Shown piece after piece: positions 17,701 through 27,278 of a stretch of 64,000 bases of DNA. The stretch covers positions 1-64,000 of the forward strand of contig JBBSXB010000008.1 of the NCBI GenBank assembly GCA_038046005.1, written 5' to 3'. Source of the stretch: Nanobdellota archaeon (lineage in GTDB: Archaea > Nanobdellota > Nanobdellia > Pacearchaeales > GW2011-AR1). Under the pieces are notes generated by a model. It was not told where the DNA came from, ran no database searches, and was given only the letters and a program-made list of their open reading frames with translations. The number at the start of each line of letters is the position of its first letter. Position 1 is the stretch's first letter. The translations under genes and the position numbers were made by a program.

Positions 17701-20070
17701 TTAACTAACTTGAGAATTCCTATACTTCTCAACTCTTTCCCTGTTTTTTATGCATTCTGGATTGAAACAGAAAATCCAGGGGGATTTTCCTTTTTGGATT
17801 CTCATAAGCATTGGAAATGTGCATTCCTCGCAATCTTTTTCAGCTTTTTTTATGAAGCCGTTTGGAGGCAATGAATAAGTGTTCTTGCATTCTGGATATG
17901 AGTTGCATGCAATGAATTGCCTTCTGTTCTTTTTAGAATAAATTATGCTTAAGAAACCTTTTTTGCATTTTGGACATAAAACAACTTTGTTTTCCTCTCT
18001 TTTTACTTCTCTTAATTCTGTATTGGCTTTTAACAACTCGTTTCCAATATCTTTTTCATGCTTTCCAAAATCTTTTGAGATAGAGGTTATTGTTTCTTTT
18101 GCTTTTTCTATAAGGCTCGATTCTTTTTCGTAAATATCTTTTTTTGATTCAATTATAGAATCCATCTGGTTTTCAAAACTTCTCGTCAGCTTTTCATCTA
18201 TTATTATTGGAGAGTATTTTTCAAGAGTCTCTATCAACGACATTCCTAATGAAGTTGCCTTTATGCTTTGGTCTTTTATGTAGTCTCTGTCATAAAGGGT
18301 TTCAAGGATGGATGAACGGGTTGCCTTTGTCCCTATATTTCTTTTTTCAAGTTCAGAGACTATTGATGCTGGAGAATATCTTTTTGGAGGCTGGGTCTCT
18401 TTTTCTTCTATTCTTGAGTTGATTATTTTAACTTCGCCCTCAACGTCAGGAATATCCTCTGTTTTTAACTTGGTTGGGTAAATATCCATCCATCCTTTTT
18501 TTCTTATTGTCGAACCTCTTAGCGAAAAATCCAAATCATCAACATTGACACTTATTTTTTTACTGTCAATTATTGCATCTTCACAAAATAAAGACAGGAA
18601 TCTTTTTGCAATCAGGTTGTAGATTTTTTCTTGGTCTCCTGTAAGGATTTGGGTGTTTCCTGTTGGATATATTGAAGGGTGAGCTGGGTCTGATTTTTTT
18701 CCCTCTATGGGCGTTTTTCTTTTTATCAAATGTTCAACCCTGAATTCTTTTGCAATTTTTTCAAGAATTTCATTGTAGCCTATTGAAGGAGGAAGTTTTT
18801 GAGAGGAAGTTCTTGGATATGAAATTAAACTGTCTAGATAAAGAGATTGGGCTATCTGCAAAGTCTTTGAAGGAGTCAGCCCATAAAATTTGTAAGCCTC
18901 TGTCTGCAATGACGTTAAATTGAATGGTGGATTTGGTTCGATGTTTTCAGAGGATTTTTTAGTTGTTGCTATAACCGTCTTTCCTTTAAGATTATCAAAT
19001 TTAGACAATTCTTTCTTATTGAAAATTTCTTTGTTGTGCTTTAATTCAACAACATGTTTATTCTTTACAGTTATGAAAACTTCCCAATATGGCTTTGACT
19101 TAAATGACTGGATTTCCCTTTCTTTTTTTACAATAAAATTTAATGTTGGGCCCTGGACTCTGCCTATAGACATTATTTTGAATTTTCCTATTGATTTTAG
19201 AGCATTCATTAGTGCTCGAGAAAGATTAATTCCATAAAACCAATCTAGATAGTGTCTTGTTTCTCCAGCAATTGCCTGGCCCCAGTTTAGCGTCGGGGAT
19301 TTTTCTTCATATGCTTTGTTTAGTTCTACTGGTGTAAGTGTTGAAAATTTCATTCTGCTTGCATCTTTTTGTCCGCAAATGTATTTGACTATATTCAATC
19401 CGATAACCTCTCCTTCTATGTCATAATCTGTGGCCACTGTCAGAGAGCTTGCACCCCTTACAAGATTTGACATTGCATCATAATATTTCTTGCTGAAGTC
19501 TTGTTTTCTTACATAGAAATTTGGGACCCATTTTATATCAAACACTGGGAAATTTGACCCAGGTGTATTTTGTGCTAACGTGAACAAATGGCCGACAGCA
19601 CAGGCAACAATTATTTTTTCTCCATCCCTATTCACATCATAATAAGGAACTCCCTTGAAATTTTTTTTGTTAACACTTCCAAGTGCATCTGCAATTTTTG
19701 CAGCTGCCTGCGGCTTTTCAGTTATTATTAATTCATAACCTTCTGGATTCAAGGAAATTTTTTGCGGCTTGTATGAATCAACTGGCTTGAATTTTGCCCC
19801 GCTATTCTTTTTATTCATAAATTCTGGTTTCTTGCCTGGTCCACTTACCTTGAATTTTCTTCTCGGCTGTGATTTTCTAATTTTTGTTGTTTTTATCAAC
19901 TCAACAGGGTTTTCGATTTGACTTTTGTAAATTTTTTCAATAGTTTGTTTGTGGGTCTCTTGTGTATCTTTTTCCAGTTTTTCTACAGATTTTCTTAATG
20001 AGCTTTGGTCTATGGGAAAGAACCTTTCGCTTGCTAATTCTTCCTTTGTTTTGTTTGGTTTTTTAGCCAT
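17701..20070 (-). CDS. topA: DNA topoisomerase I (type IA)
   Basis: ITEKP Toprim, ATDYDIEGE, GRVQGP, ISYPRT catalytic Tyr, GTKATR, C-terminal Zn ribbons. Confidence 0.97.
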   Translation of the reverse strand: MAKKPNKTKEELASERFFPIDQSSLRKSVEKLEKDTQETHKQTIEKIYKSQIENPVELIKTTKIRKSQPRRKFKVSGPGKKPEFMNKKNSGAKFKPVDSYKPQKISLNPEGYELIITEKPQAAAKIADALGSVNKKNFKGVPYYDVNRDGEKIIVACAVGHLFTLAQNTPGSNFPVFDIKWVPNFYVRKQDFSKKYYDAMSNLVRGASSLTVATDYDIEGEVIGLNIVKYICGQKDASRMKFSTLTPVELNKAYEEKSPTLNWGQAIAGETRHYLDWFYGINLSRALMNALKSIGKFKIMSIGRVQGPTLNFIVKKEREIQSFKSKPYWEVFITVKNKHVVELKHNKEIFNKKELSKFDNLKGKTVIATTKKSSENIEPNPPFNLTSLQTEAYKFYGLTPSKTLQIAQSLYLDSLISYPRTSSQKLPPSIGYNEILEKIAKEFRVEHLIKRKTPIEGKKSDPAHPSIYPTGNTQILTGDQEKIYNLIAKRFLSLFCEDAIIDSKKISVNVDDLDFSLRGSTIRKKGWMDIYPTKLKTEDIPDVEGEVKIINSRIEEKETQPPKRYSPASIVSELEKRNIGTKATRSSILETLYDRDYIKDQSIKATSLGMSLIETLEKYSPIIIDEKLTRSFENQMDSIIESKKDIYEKESSLIEKAKETITSISKDFGKHEKDIGNELLKANTELREVKREENKVVLCPKCKKGFLSIIYSKKNRRQFIACNSYPECKNTYSLPPNGFIKKAEKDCEECTFPMLMRIQKGKSPWIFCFNPECIKNRERVEKYRNSQVS

Positions 20071-20150
20071 AAAGTGAGAGAAGAACATGGCTTTTTAAGA
20101 TTTTTCTATTTTAGAGGTAAATTTATAACTTTAACTTTTGTCTATTATCT

Positions 20151-20426
20151 ATGAAGCCAAGGAAAACCGAAGCTGAGATTGAAGAAGAATTGTCTGAAGA
20201 GAGAACATTCTTGTCTAATGAGAGGACTTTATTATCTTATGTCAGGACGGCATTTTCAATAATTGTTGCGGGAATTGCGGCTGTTGGGCTTTTTAGAAAT
20301 TACACCATGCTTGTTGTTGGTTTTGTCCTAATCGCCTTGGGGGTCTTGTTCCTTATTTTTGGGGTTGTTTATTATTTTTTTAGAAAAAAGAAAATAAGAG
20401 AGGAAATTGAAGATTTTGGTGATTAA
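20151..20426 (+). CDS. DUF202/YidH-family membrane protein
   Basis: RTFLSNERTLLSYVRT. Confidence 0.88.
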   Translation: MKPRKTEAEIEEELSEERTFLSNERTLLSYVRTAFSIIVAGIAAVGLFRNYTMLVVGFVLIALGVLFLIFGVVYYFFRKKKIREEIEDFGD

Positions 20427-20446
20427 GAGTATTTATTCATTAACCT

Positions 20447-20866
20447 TTATTTTATTCTGGCTGAAGCATAGGCTAATTGTCTTTCACAAAAAGCCTTTAA
20501 CATCTCAATATCTTTTGGGGTGGGATTAACATTGTACTTAATCAAACCTGCTATGTTCCTTAATCTTGAGAGTGTTTCTTTATCTCTAGAAAAATTATTC
20601 ATAACAAAATCACTCTCAGTTTCATTTAATAGATTAACACTTCTCACTTTTGCTGTTGGCAAATCATACAAAAAAAGTTCAGCTTTTTCAAAAAGACTTG
20701 CTTCATCTTCTATAGATTTTTGATAAGTTTCTTTTTTATTTTGGCCATTTTGAAGAGCTGACAGATATAATATCATATCTGATGCGATCTCCCCTAAGAC
20801 TAAAGAATTACCCCCAACCTCCAATTTTTTTTCTAAAGGATTTGTTCCAAATACCATTTCTTTCAT
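20447..20866 (-). CDS. hypothetical protein
   Basis: 139-aa ORF. Confidence 0.6.
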   Translation of the reverse strand: MKEMVFGTNPLEKKLEVGGNSLVLGEIASDMILYLSALQNGQNKKETYQKSIEDEASLFEKAELFLYDLPTAKVRSVNLLNETESDFVMNNFSRDKETLSRLRNIAGLIKYNVNPTPKDIEMLKAFCERQLAYASARIK

Positions 20867-20896
20867 AATTATCCTTGCTTTTTAAGAATTTGTATA

Positions 20897-21535
20897 CTAA
20901 ATCTCAAACACTTTTTCTTTTCTTGCAACATTGATGACTCTTGTTTTGCCTATTTTTTCTTCCAAGCCTGCAGCTTCGTGAATGTGTGAGCATATTGCAA
21001 TGTCTGGCTGAAAAGATTCTATGGCTTTTTTTACGGCTTTAGACCCTTTAAATCCGGAGAATTCCATTTTTGAATTTTCTGGGTGAATATGTGTCACCAT
21101 TATTTTTTTGCTTAAATTTTTTATTTTTTCGTGGCTTCTTTTTAATAAATCATAAATTTCAGAATCTTTAATCTGATGGGGGCCCATGTTTGCTGTTCCT
21201 GCCCCAAAAAAACCTATTCCATCTTTTACAATATAATATCCATGGAGGTTTTTTGAGTAGGGGGAATATAATTCTGCAAGCAATGCGTTTGTTGCAACAG
21301 ACTCATGATTTCCCGGAATTATCAAAATAGGTTTTTTTTGCTTTGCAAAGGGTCCGATGATTCCTTTAATAGATCTTTCAGCGAAAGTCAAGTCTCCGGA
21401 AAGAATAATAATATCAACATTTTCTTTTTTTGCCCTGTCTGCTAATCTGTTTATCATAGTCAAGTCACCATGGACATCTCCAACTGCCAATATTCTGGTT
21501 TTTCTTTCTTTTTGTGAATTTTTCTTGTTTTCCAT
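20897..21535 (-). CDS. calcineurin-like metallophosphoesterase
   Basis: GDVHG, SGDLT, PGNHE, THIHP, SHIHE. Confidence 0.92.
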   Translation of the reverse strand: MENKKNSQKERKTRILAVGDVHGDLTMINRLADRAKKENVDIIILSGDLTFAERSIKGIIGPFAKQKKPILIIPGNHESVATNALLAELYSPYSKNLHGYYIVKDGIGFFGAGTANMGPHQIKDSEIYDLLKRSHEKIKNLSKKIMVTHIHPENSKMEFSGFKGSKAVKKAIESFQPDIAICSHIHEAAGLEEKIGKTRVINVARKEKVFEI

Positions 21536-21679
21536 AAATAAAAATTATTTTTTTGATTAATAAGTTTTTCCGAAATATGTTTTTTTACTGAAGCGTGGTG
21601 ACGAATATAGATATTACAAAACATTTAAAAATACAACACCATCAGGATATATAGTTTAAATTGTATAAATCCACGCAAG

Positions 21680-22015
21680 ATGAAAGAAGAGACAGTTCAG
21701 TTAGGTTTGGGATTCTCTGACTTTCATTTGAACGGAACAACAAATCAAATGAAAGACAATTTTGACATTTTTTTTAGGAGAAAGCCAGCTTTGATGTTGG
21801 TTTCTTTGAAGAAGAACGTTAGAATGAGATACGGTAGCATACTTGCAAAAGAGGTGGATTGTACTTACAGCCATGCGGTTAAGATCCTGCAAACGCTTAA
21901 GATCCTTAAGCTGGTTGACTTTGAAAAGAAAGGTAGGATAAAGCTTATCAAGTTGACCAAAAAGGGTAGAGATGTTGCAGACGCAATTGAAAACATTCAG
22001 GGCTTAATACGATAA
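21680..22015 (+). CDS. winged-helix DNA-binding protein (start may be 21749)
   Basis: LAKEVDCTYSHAVKIL..LV.FEKKGRIKLIKLTKKG. Confidence 0.85.
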   Translation: MKEETVQLGLGFSDFHLNGTTNQMKDNFDIFFRRKPALMLVSLKKNVRMRYGSILAKEVDCTYSHAVKILQTLKILKLVDFEKKGRIKLIKLTKKGRDVADAIENIQGLIR

Positions 22016-22137
22016 TTATTGCTAGCTTATCGAATCAGGGATGAAAAGAGAATTTTTTTATTTCTTTATTTTTTAATTTATCATATCTATCATTTCATCA
22101 CAACATAATTTAAAAAATCTGGTTTATTTTCAGCTTG

Positions 22138-23739
22138 ATGAGAAAGTATATTGTTGTTACTGGTGGTGTTCTTTCTGGATTAGGGAAAGGAATTGTTCTT
22201 GCAAGCATTGGCAATTTGCTTTCTTCAAAATACAAAATCACTCCAATAAAATGTGATGGCTATCTTAATGTGGATCCTGGCACAATGAACCCTACCGAAC
22301 ATGGGGAGGTTTTTGTTCTTGATGATGGGACAGAAGTTGATATGGACTTTGGTCATTATGAAAGGTTTCTTGGAATTTCATGCAAGAGAGAATTTAGCCT
22401 GACTATGGGAAGAGTTTTTGAAGAGATAAGAAAAAAAGAAAGAAAAGGAGATTATCTAGGAAAGACAGTCCAGCTTATTCCTCACGTCTCTAATTATATA
22501 ATGAACTATTTCATCCAAACTGGAGATGAAAATAATGCAGATATCGTCTTAATAGAAATTGGCGGGACAGTTGGGGATATTGAGAATGAACTGTTTATAG
22601 AGGCCGTTAGATCTCTTGCAAGAAAAGTTGGAAGAGAAAATGTTCTTTTTACTCATGTTACATATGTGCCCATTCCTGCAGTTATCAAAGAACCAAAATC
22701 AAAACCAACGCAACAGAGCGTTGCTTTACTGAGACAGAGAGGTATTGAGCCACAAATTATCATTACAAGGTCTAGAAAACCACTTGGTAGCAATATAGTG
22801 CAAAAAATAAGCGAAATGTGCAATCTTGAATTTGGGGAAATTATTTCTGGAAGAGATGTTGATAATATCTACAAAATTCCTCTTCTTTTGGAACAACAAG
22901 GAATGAGCCAACTTTTGGCCAGAAAACTTAACATTCAAGTTATACCCGACTTAAAGAAATGGGAAGAATTAATAAACAAAAGAGAAAATGCAAAAAGAGA
23001 AATAACAATCGCGATTGCAGGAAAATATACCTCTTTGGAAGATTCATACGCTAGCATTATTGAATCTTTGCATCATTGTGAATCTCATTTTGGAGTTAAA
23101 ATAAATCTTAAATTTATTGACACTGAAAAAGAAGAGATTAACCTTGATGAGGTTTCTGGAGTAATTATTCCTGGAGGATTTGGTTCTAGGGGAATGGAAG
23201 GTAAGATAAAAACAATAAAATTGTGCAGAGAAAAGAAAATTCCTTTTTTGGGTATATGCTTGGGATTACAAATGGCTGTTGTAGAATTTGCAAGAAACGT
23301 TTGCGGCCTTAAAGCGCACAGTACTGAAGTTGAACCTAATTGCGTTGATCCTGTTATTGATATTCTTGCAGAACAAAAATTTATAGAAAATAAAGGTGGG
23401 ACTATGAGGCTGGGAAGCTATCCTGCAATTATCAAAGAAGGGACCATAGTTCACTCGCTTTATAATAATACAAAGGTTGAGGAAAGGCATAGGCACAGAT
23501 ATGAAGTTAATCCAAAATATCATAAAGCTTTAGAAGAAAAAGGGCTGATTTTTTCTGGAATGTCTCCTGATGGAAATTTGGTAGAGTTTATAGAACTAAA
23601 GGATCATCCTTTTTTTGTTGCAACACAAGCACACCCTGAATTAAAAAGTAGCTTGTTAAAGCCCGCCCCTTTGTTTAAAGGACTTGTAGAATCAATATTG
23701 ATGCTTGATGATATGAAAGAACAACAATTGAATATCTGA
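22138..23739 (+). CDS. pyrG: CTP synthase
   Basis: GGVLSGLGKG, NVDPGTMNP.EHGEV, PGGFG.RG, GICLGLQ, RHRHRYE, QAHPE. Confidence 0.98.
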   Translation: MRKYIVVTGGVLSGLGKGIVLASIGNLLSSKYKITPIKCDGYLNVDPGTMNPTEHGEVFVLDDGTEVDMDFGHYERFLGISCKREFSLTMGRVFEEIRKKERKGDYLGKTVQLIPHVSNYIMNYFIQTGDENNADIVLIEIGGTVGDIENELFIEAVRSLARKVGRENVLFTHVTYVPIPAVIKEPKSKPTQQSVALLRQRGIEPQIIITRSRKPLGSNIVQKISEMCNLEFGEIISGRDVDNIYKIPLLLEQQGMSQLLARKLNIQVIPDLKKWEELINKRENAKREITIAIAGKYTSLEDSYASIIESLHHCESHFGVKINLKFIDTEKEEINLDEVSGVIIPGGFGSRGMEGKIKTIKLCREKKIPFLGICLGLQMAVVEFARNVCGLKAHSTEVEPNCVDPVIDILAEQKFIENKGGTMRLGSYPAIIKEGTIVHSLYNNTKVEERHRHRYEVNPKYHKALEEKGLIFSGMSPDGNLVEFIELKDHPFFVATQAHPELKSSLLKPAPLFKGLVESILMLDDMKEQQLNI

Positions 23740-23811
23740 AAAAGCTAAGGATTCTATAATTCTATTTTAGAAACTATTTTAAACTTATTTTTTGATGTTT
23801 ATCTATGGTCT

Positions 23812-23885
23812 GGCCTCGTAGCTCAGCTTGGTAGAGCACTGGACTCTTAATCCAGGTGTCGTGGGTTCAAATCCCATCGGGGCCA
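23812..23885 (+). tRNA. tRNA-Lys(CTT)
   Basis: Cloverleaf: GGCCTCG/CGGGGCC acceptor, CTGGA-CT-CTT-AA-TCCAG anticodon arm, GTTCAAAT T-loop; no encoded CCA. Confidence 0.96.
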
Positions 23886-23948
23886 TAATTTTTAATTGTT
23901 ATTCCTAAAGTAGATAAATTCTTTTAAATCCTTAAATTATGATGTTTT

Positions 23949-24593
23949 ATGATAAAAGGAAAATTGTCTCCTCTGTCTACTAATGTTTTAATAGAAAGAG
24001 CTGACTTTTTACATGATATTAGTTATTCTGGGCTGATTAAGTTAGTTAATGCTGGAAGTAAATTTCCATCAGAGGCAAAAACTGGATTAGATATTCTCGT
24101 TGATGCTGGCCTTTTGAGTGAGTCAACACAAGGCAATTATTCTATTACAAGCAGAATGGATTCAGAAATAGTCATTAATCCTCACTTAGGAGGTAGGGTT
24201 TTTTATTTTACACTTAACAGAGATGTCAGAGGTTTTGCAAGTATACTTGGTTTTCAGACTAATATTGCACAACAGGGTTTATACGTGGTACCTGAAACCC
24301 TAATTCCTATTGATTGGAAGACAATTTATTTTAAGGGCAATTTTGAGAATGATGGGGCGCAAATAGCTGGGAATCTTTTGAACAGGAAATTATTAAGCAA
24401 AGACTTCTTTGGAAATTATGCAATTGCTGCAAGCTCAACTAACAGTAGTTCCGAGGATAGATCATATTTGAAGTTTAAATCTTATCAATATTTTTTCACT
24501 GACAAAAAAACTGCTTTAGACTTTGCAAAGAGTCTTCATGGGCCAAGAAAAGCTATTGTGGTTGATCATAGAAAAAAAATAGTTCTCGATTAA
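23949..24593 (+). CDS. hypothetical protein with internal duplication
   Basis: LLSESTQGNYSI..YFT versus LLSKDFFGNYAI..FFT. Confidence 0.65.
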   Translation: MIKGKLSPLSTNVLIERADFLHDISYSGLIKLVNAGSKFPSEAKTGLDILVDAGLLSESTQGNYSITSRMDSEIVINPHLGGRVFYFTLNRDVRGFASILGFQTNIAQQGLYVVPETLIPIDWKTIYFKGNFENDGAQIAGNLLNRKLLSKDFFGNYAIAASSTNSSSEDRSYLKFKSYQYFFTDKKTALDFAKSLHGPRKAIVVDHRKKIVLD

Positions 24594-24650
24594 TTTCATC
24601 TATAATCTCTTCTCGACCACAGATTCGTTTATTAATTATAAGAATTTGCC

Positions 24651-24959
24651 TCATCTGTAGTCACGCCAAGTATGTTCACACTTTGTGCATTTGAAGAATT
24701 TTGTTTCGGCTTCATCGCCAGCCCTTGTCTGGACTGTCCAGAAATATACTTTATCATTCCCACATTTCTTGCAGGTCTCTGTTATTACTGGATAAGCATT
24801 CTGTTCTTTTTCTGTTATAACTGGTATTTCTTTTTTACTGCCAATTTTTTCTGATGTTTTCAGCTTTACTTTCCCTTTAGCAGAATAGTTACATCTTGGG
24901 CAACCGTCATTTTTTCTCTTTTGAATAAGCACAGCGCCACATCTCGGACAAAACTCCAT
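24651..24959 (-). CDS. tfs: transcription factor S (TFS)
   Basis: MEFCPRC..CPRC and CKKC..QTRAGDEAET.FFKC..C. Confidence 0.95.
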   Translation of the reverse strand: MEFCPRCGAVLIQKRKNDGCPRCNYSAKGKVKLKTSEKIGSKKEIPVITEKEQNAYPVITETCKKCGNDKVYFWTVQTRAGDEAETKFFKCTKCEHTWRDYR

Positions 24960-25004
24960 TCAGTGTTGAAAAAGAAGAAGTTTAAAAATGTTTCTTATGA
25001 AGAA

Positions 25005-25658
25005 TTAATTTTCATTGCAGAATCCTCTTTCTGCTGGCGATTTTGAAGGCTCAAAGAAAACCAATTTCACCCATCCTAAATAAGGAGCGAGTTTGAAAAC
25101 AGCCTTTCCTATTACTTGATTTTCTTTAATTAGTTTTTCTTCTTCAAGCTGCCCGTTGTTATTATCTCCTTCTGTTGAAAAAGTGTAGGCGCTTGTTTCA
25201 GAATTGAACCTTATGTTTACCACTCTATGGATAATTGGATTTTTTCTTTCAGTCTGGAAAATTATTATATCCCCTATTTTTACTTTTTCAGGTTTGGCTC
25301 CAACTATAAACAAGATGTCTCCTTTATTAAATCCATTTTTTAATTTATAGTCTTCAAATTGGGTTTTGTTTATGTTTAGGCCGGTATATTTTGAATCATG
25401 TCTGTTCCACCAATTGCCAAAATTTGAAAAAAGATTCCCCTGATGGTACATAGAGCAGGATTCTACTATTGCTAATGGAAGAGTTGTTCCTGTGGCTAAG
25501 TTTAATAACGGGAAGAAAATAAATTTTACGACTACAAACAAAAATATTATGGAGATTATCCAGCCTTTTACACTATTATCCTTCCATACAATAAACCAAA
25601 ATTTTTTCCAGAAATTTTTAAATTTGTTTTGGTGAATCACTTCTTTTTGCTCTTCCAT
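25005..25658 (-). CDS. signal peptidase I (Sec11/ER type)
   Basis: VESCSMYH catalytic Ser, KGD, PIIHRV, EGDNN. Confidence 0.88.
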   Translation of the reverse strand: MEEQKEVIHQNKFKNFWKKFWFIVWKDNSVKGWIISIIFLFVVVKFIFFPLLNLATGTTLPLAIVESCSMYHQGNLFSNFGNWWNRHDSKYTGLNINKTQFEDYKLKNGFNKGDILFIVGAKPEKVKIGDIIIFQTERKNPIIHRVVNIRFNSETSAYTFSTEGDNNNGQLEEEKLIKENQVIGKAVFKLAPYLGWVKLVFFEPSKSPAERGFCNEN

Positions 25659-25662
25659 AAAC

Positions 25663-26055
25663 TCAAATATTCTTTGCGGTATTTAAGTTTTGGGATTTTA
25701 TCAGTATAAAATACAATCCTAACGAGAGTAAAATTCCTGCAGTGTCTACTAAAAAATCTGTAGAAGAACAATATCTTCCAGGGACAAAATATTGGTGAAG
25801 TTCATCAAGTGCAGCATACATTATTGCTATTGCTATCACAATAGGAATCAATCTGAATTTTTTTCTTTTGATTATTCCAATTAACATGAATAAAGACAGC
25901 AGGAAAAATATAGCGAGATGGTAAAGGTTTGATTTAGTACTGGCATAACTTCCACCTTGCCCAAATTGCAGCGATGAAATGTAAAACATTGCAATTGCTA
26001 TTATTATTGCAATGGCTATTGGAATTTTGCTATGTTTTTCAAGAAATGTTATCAT
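25663..26055 (-). CDS. VanZ-family membrane protein
   Basis: YH..IFF, DELHQYFVPGR..S..D. Confidence 0.9.
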   Translation of the reverse strand: MITFLEKHSKIPIAIAIIIAIAMFYISSLQFGQGGSYASTKSNLYHLAIFFLLSLFMLIGIIKRKKFRLIPIVIAIAIMYAALDELHQYFVPGRYCSSTDFLVDTAGILLSLGLYFILIKSQNLNTAKNI

Positions 26056-26170
26056 CTTTCATAATGGCTGAAGTTTTTTTCTTTTTAAGCATTTATATTA
26101 TTAATTTTATAATTATGGATTTTAAATTCGAAAGATTTAAATAGTGTATCTATTTAAGTGTATACGTAAG

Positions 26171-26210
26171 GTATACATAAACAAACTGTAAAAAGAAAGT
26201 TTATGTATAC
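26171..26210. repeat. perfect 12-bp inverted repeat GTATACATAAAC/GTTTATGTATAC
   Basis: Arms 26171-26182 and 26199-26210; a third GTATAC at 26160-26165; TATA box TTTAAATA at 26136. Confidence 0.85.
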
Positions 26211-26264
26211 TCTACACCTCTTTTCAACCTACTGGCTGCATACACTGCAGCCATCATACTCAAA

Positions 26265-26438
26265 ATGAAAGAAGAAACAAAAAGACACGGAAGGAATGTA
26301 GTTTTTAGTATAGCCATATCTTTAATTATATATCTGATATTAAATCTTACTAAAGCTTCTACAGAAAGTTGGTCTCTTTTAACAGTTATTATTTTGCTAC
26401 TAGTATATTTTGAGTTGTTGGATCAAAGACAAAGATAA
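26265..26438 (+). CDS. small two-TM protein, 57 aa, missing from ORF track
   Basis: MKEETKRHGRNVVFSIAISLIIYLILNLTKASTESWSLLTVIILLLVYFELLDQRQR. Confidence 0.55.
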   Translation: MKEETKRHGRNVVFSIAISLIIYLILNLTKASTESWSLLTVIILLLVYFELLDQRQR

Positions 26439-26506
26439 ACAAAAATGAAATACAAAAATATCGATTCAAATGTTTTTTTAGAAGTTTGGAAAACTTATAT
26501 AAAAAT

Positions 26507-26869
26507 ATGACAGACATTTTCGACAACCAGATACTTTGCAAAGAATGCAACAAAAAAATGCAAAAAACAAATGTTTCTAAAAATGGTTTTTTGCTCAGGG
26601 CTGTCATATGCCCAGAATGCAGCTACAAAATTATACATCCTGTGGATGAGCAGGAATACGTCAAATTTATAAATCTCAGAAACCGAGAATTTCGTGTAAA
26701 GATGAGAATGGTCGGGAACAGTTATACTGTATCAATACCTAAAGAGATAGTCTCTTTCATGAGAGAGCAGGAAAAAAGAATGGATGACATGGTCCAATTA
26801 TGCTTCCAGGAGATGGGAAGATTATCATTAAACTTTGGGAATTTTTTTGAGGAAAGAAATGACAAATAA
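26507..26869 (+). CDS. Zn-ribbon plus AbrB/MazE-type DNA-binding protein
   Basis: CKEC..CPEC; KMRMVGNSYTVSIPKEI AbrB signature. Confidence 0.82.
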   Translation: MTDIFDNQILCKECNKKMQKTNVSKNGFLLRAVICPECSYKIIHPVDEQEYVKFINLRNREFRVKMRMVGNSYTVSIPKEIVSFMREQEKRMDDMVQLCFQEMGRLSLNFGNFFEERNDK

Positions 26870-27278
26870 CACTTCAGAAATGGCAAGAAGGCAAAGTCTA
26901 AATAATAGAATGCTCAAGAGAATAGATAAACTAGAGTTGGGGACAAGAATTAAAGTAGAATACATAAATGATATTACTTTAAGAAGGCGGTCAATAGAAG
27001 GTTTTTATCAGGGAACTCAGATATTAAGTTCTCTTGATGAGGAAGAATATTTAAGGTTGGCTAGAGAAAAAGATTATCATACTAAATATAAAAATTTGTT
27101 TGGGTCTAAATCTGAGGATATAATGGGATTTAAAGGACAAAGAATCCCTGTTACGTCTATATTTAAGGTAACTGGTTTAGATAGAAAATTTGAAATTGAA
27201 GGATGTACTGCTATGGCTGGAATAGATTATTCACGTTTAAAGGCAGAAAATCTTGGTAAGAGAGTAAACCAAAAATGA
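26859..27278 (+). CDS. hypothetical protein
   Basis: ORF overlapping both neighbours; flanked by a 13-bp direct repeat. Confidence 0.6.
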   Translation: MTNNTSEMARRQSLNNRMLKRIDKLELGTRIKVEYINDITLRRRSIEGFYQGTQILSSLDEEEYLRLAREKDYHTKYKNLFGSKSEDIMGFKGQRIPVTSIFKVTGLDRKFEIEGCTAMAGIDYSRLKAENLGKRVNQK

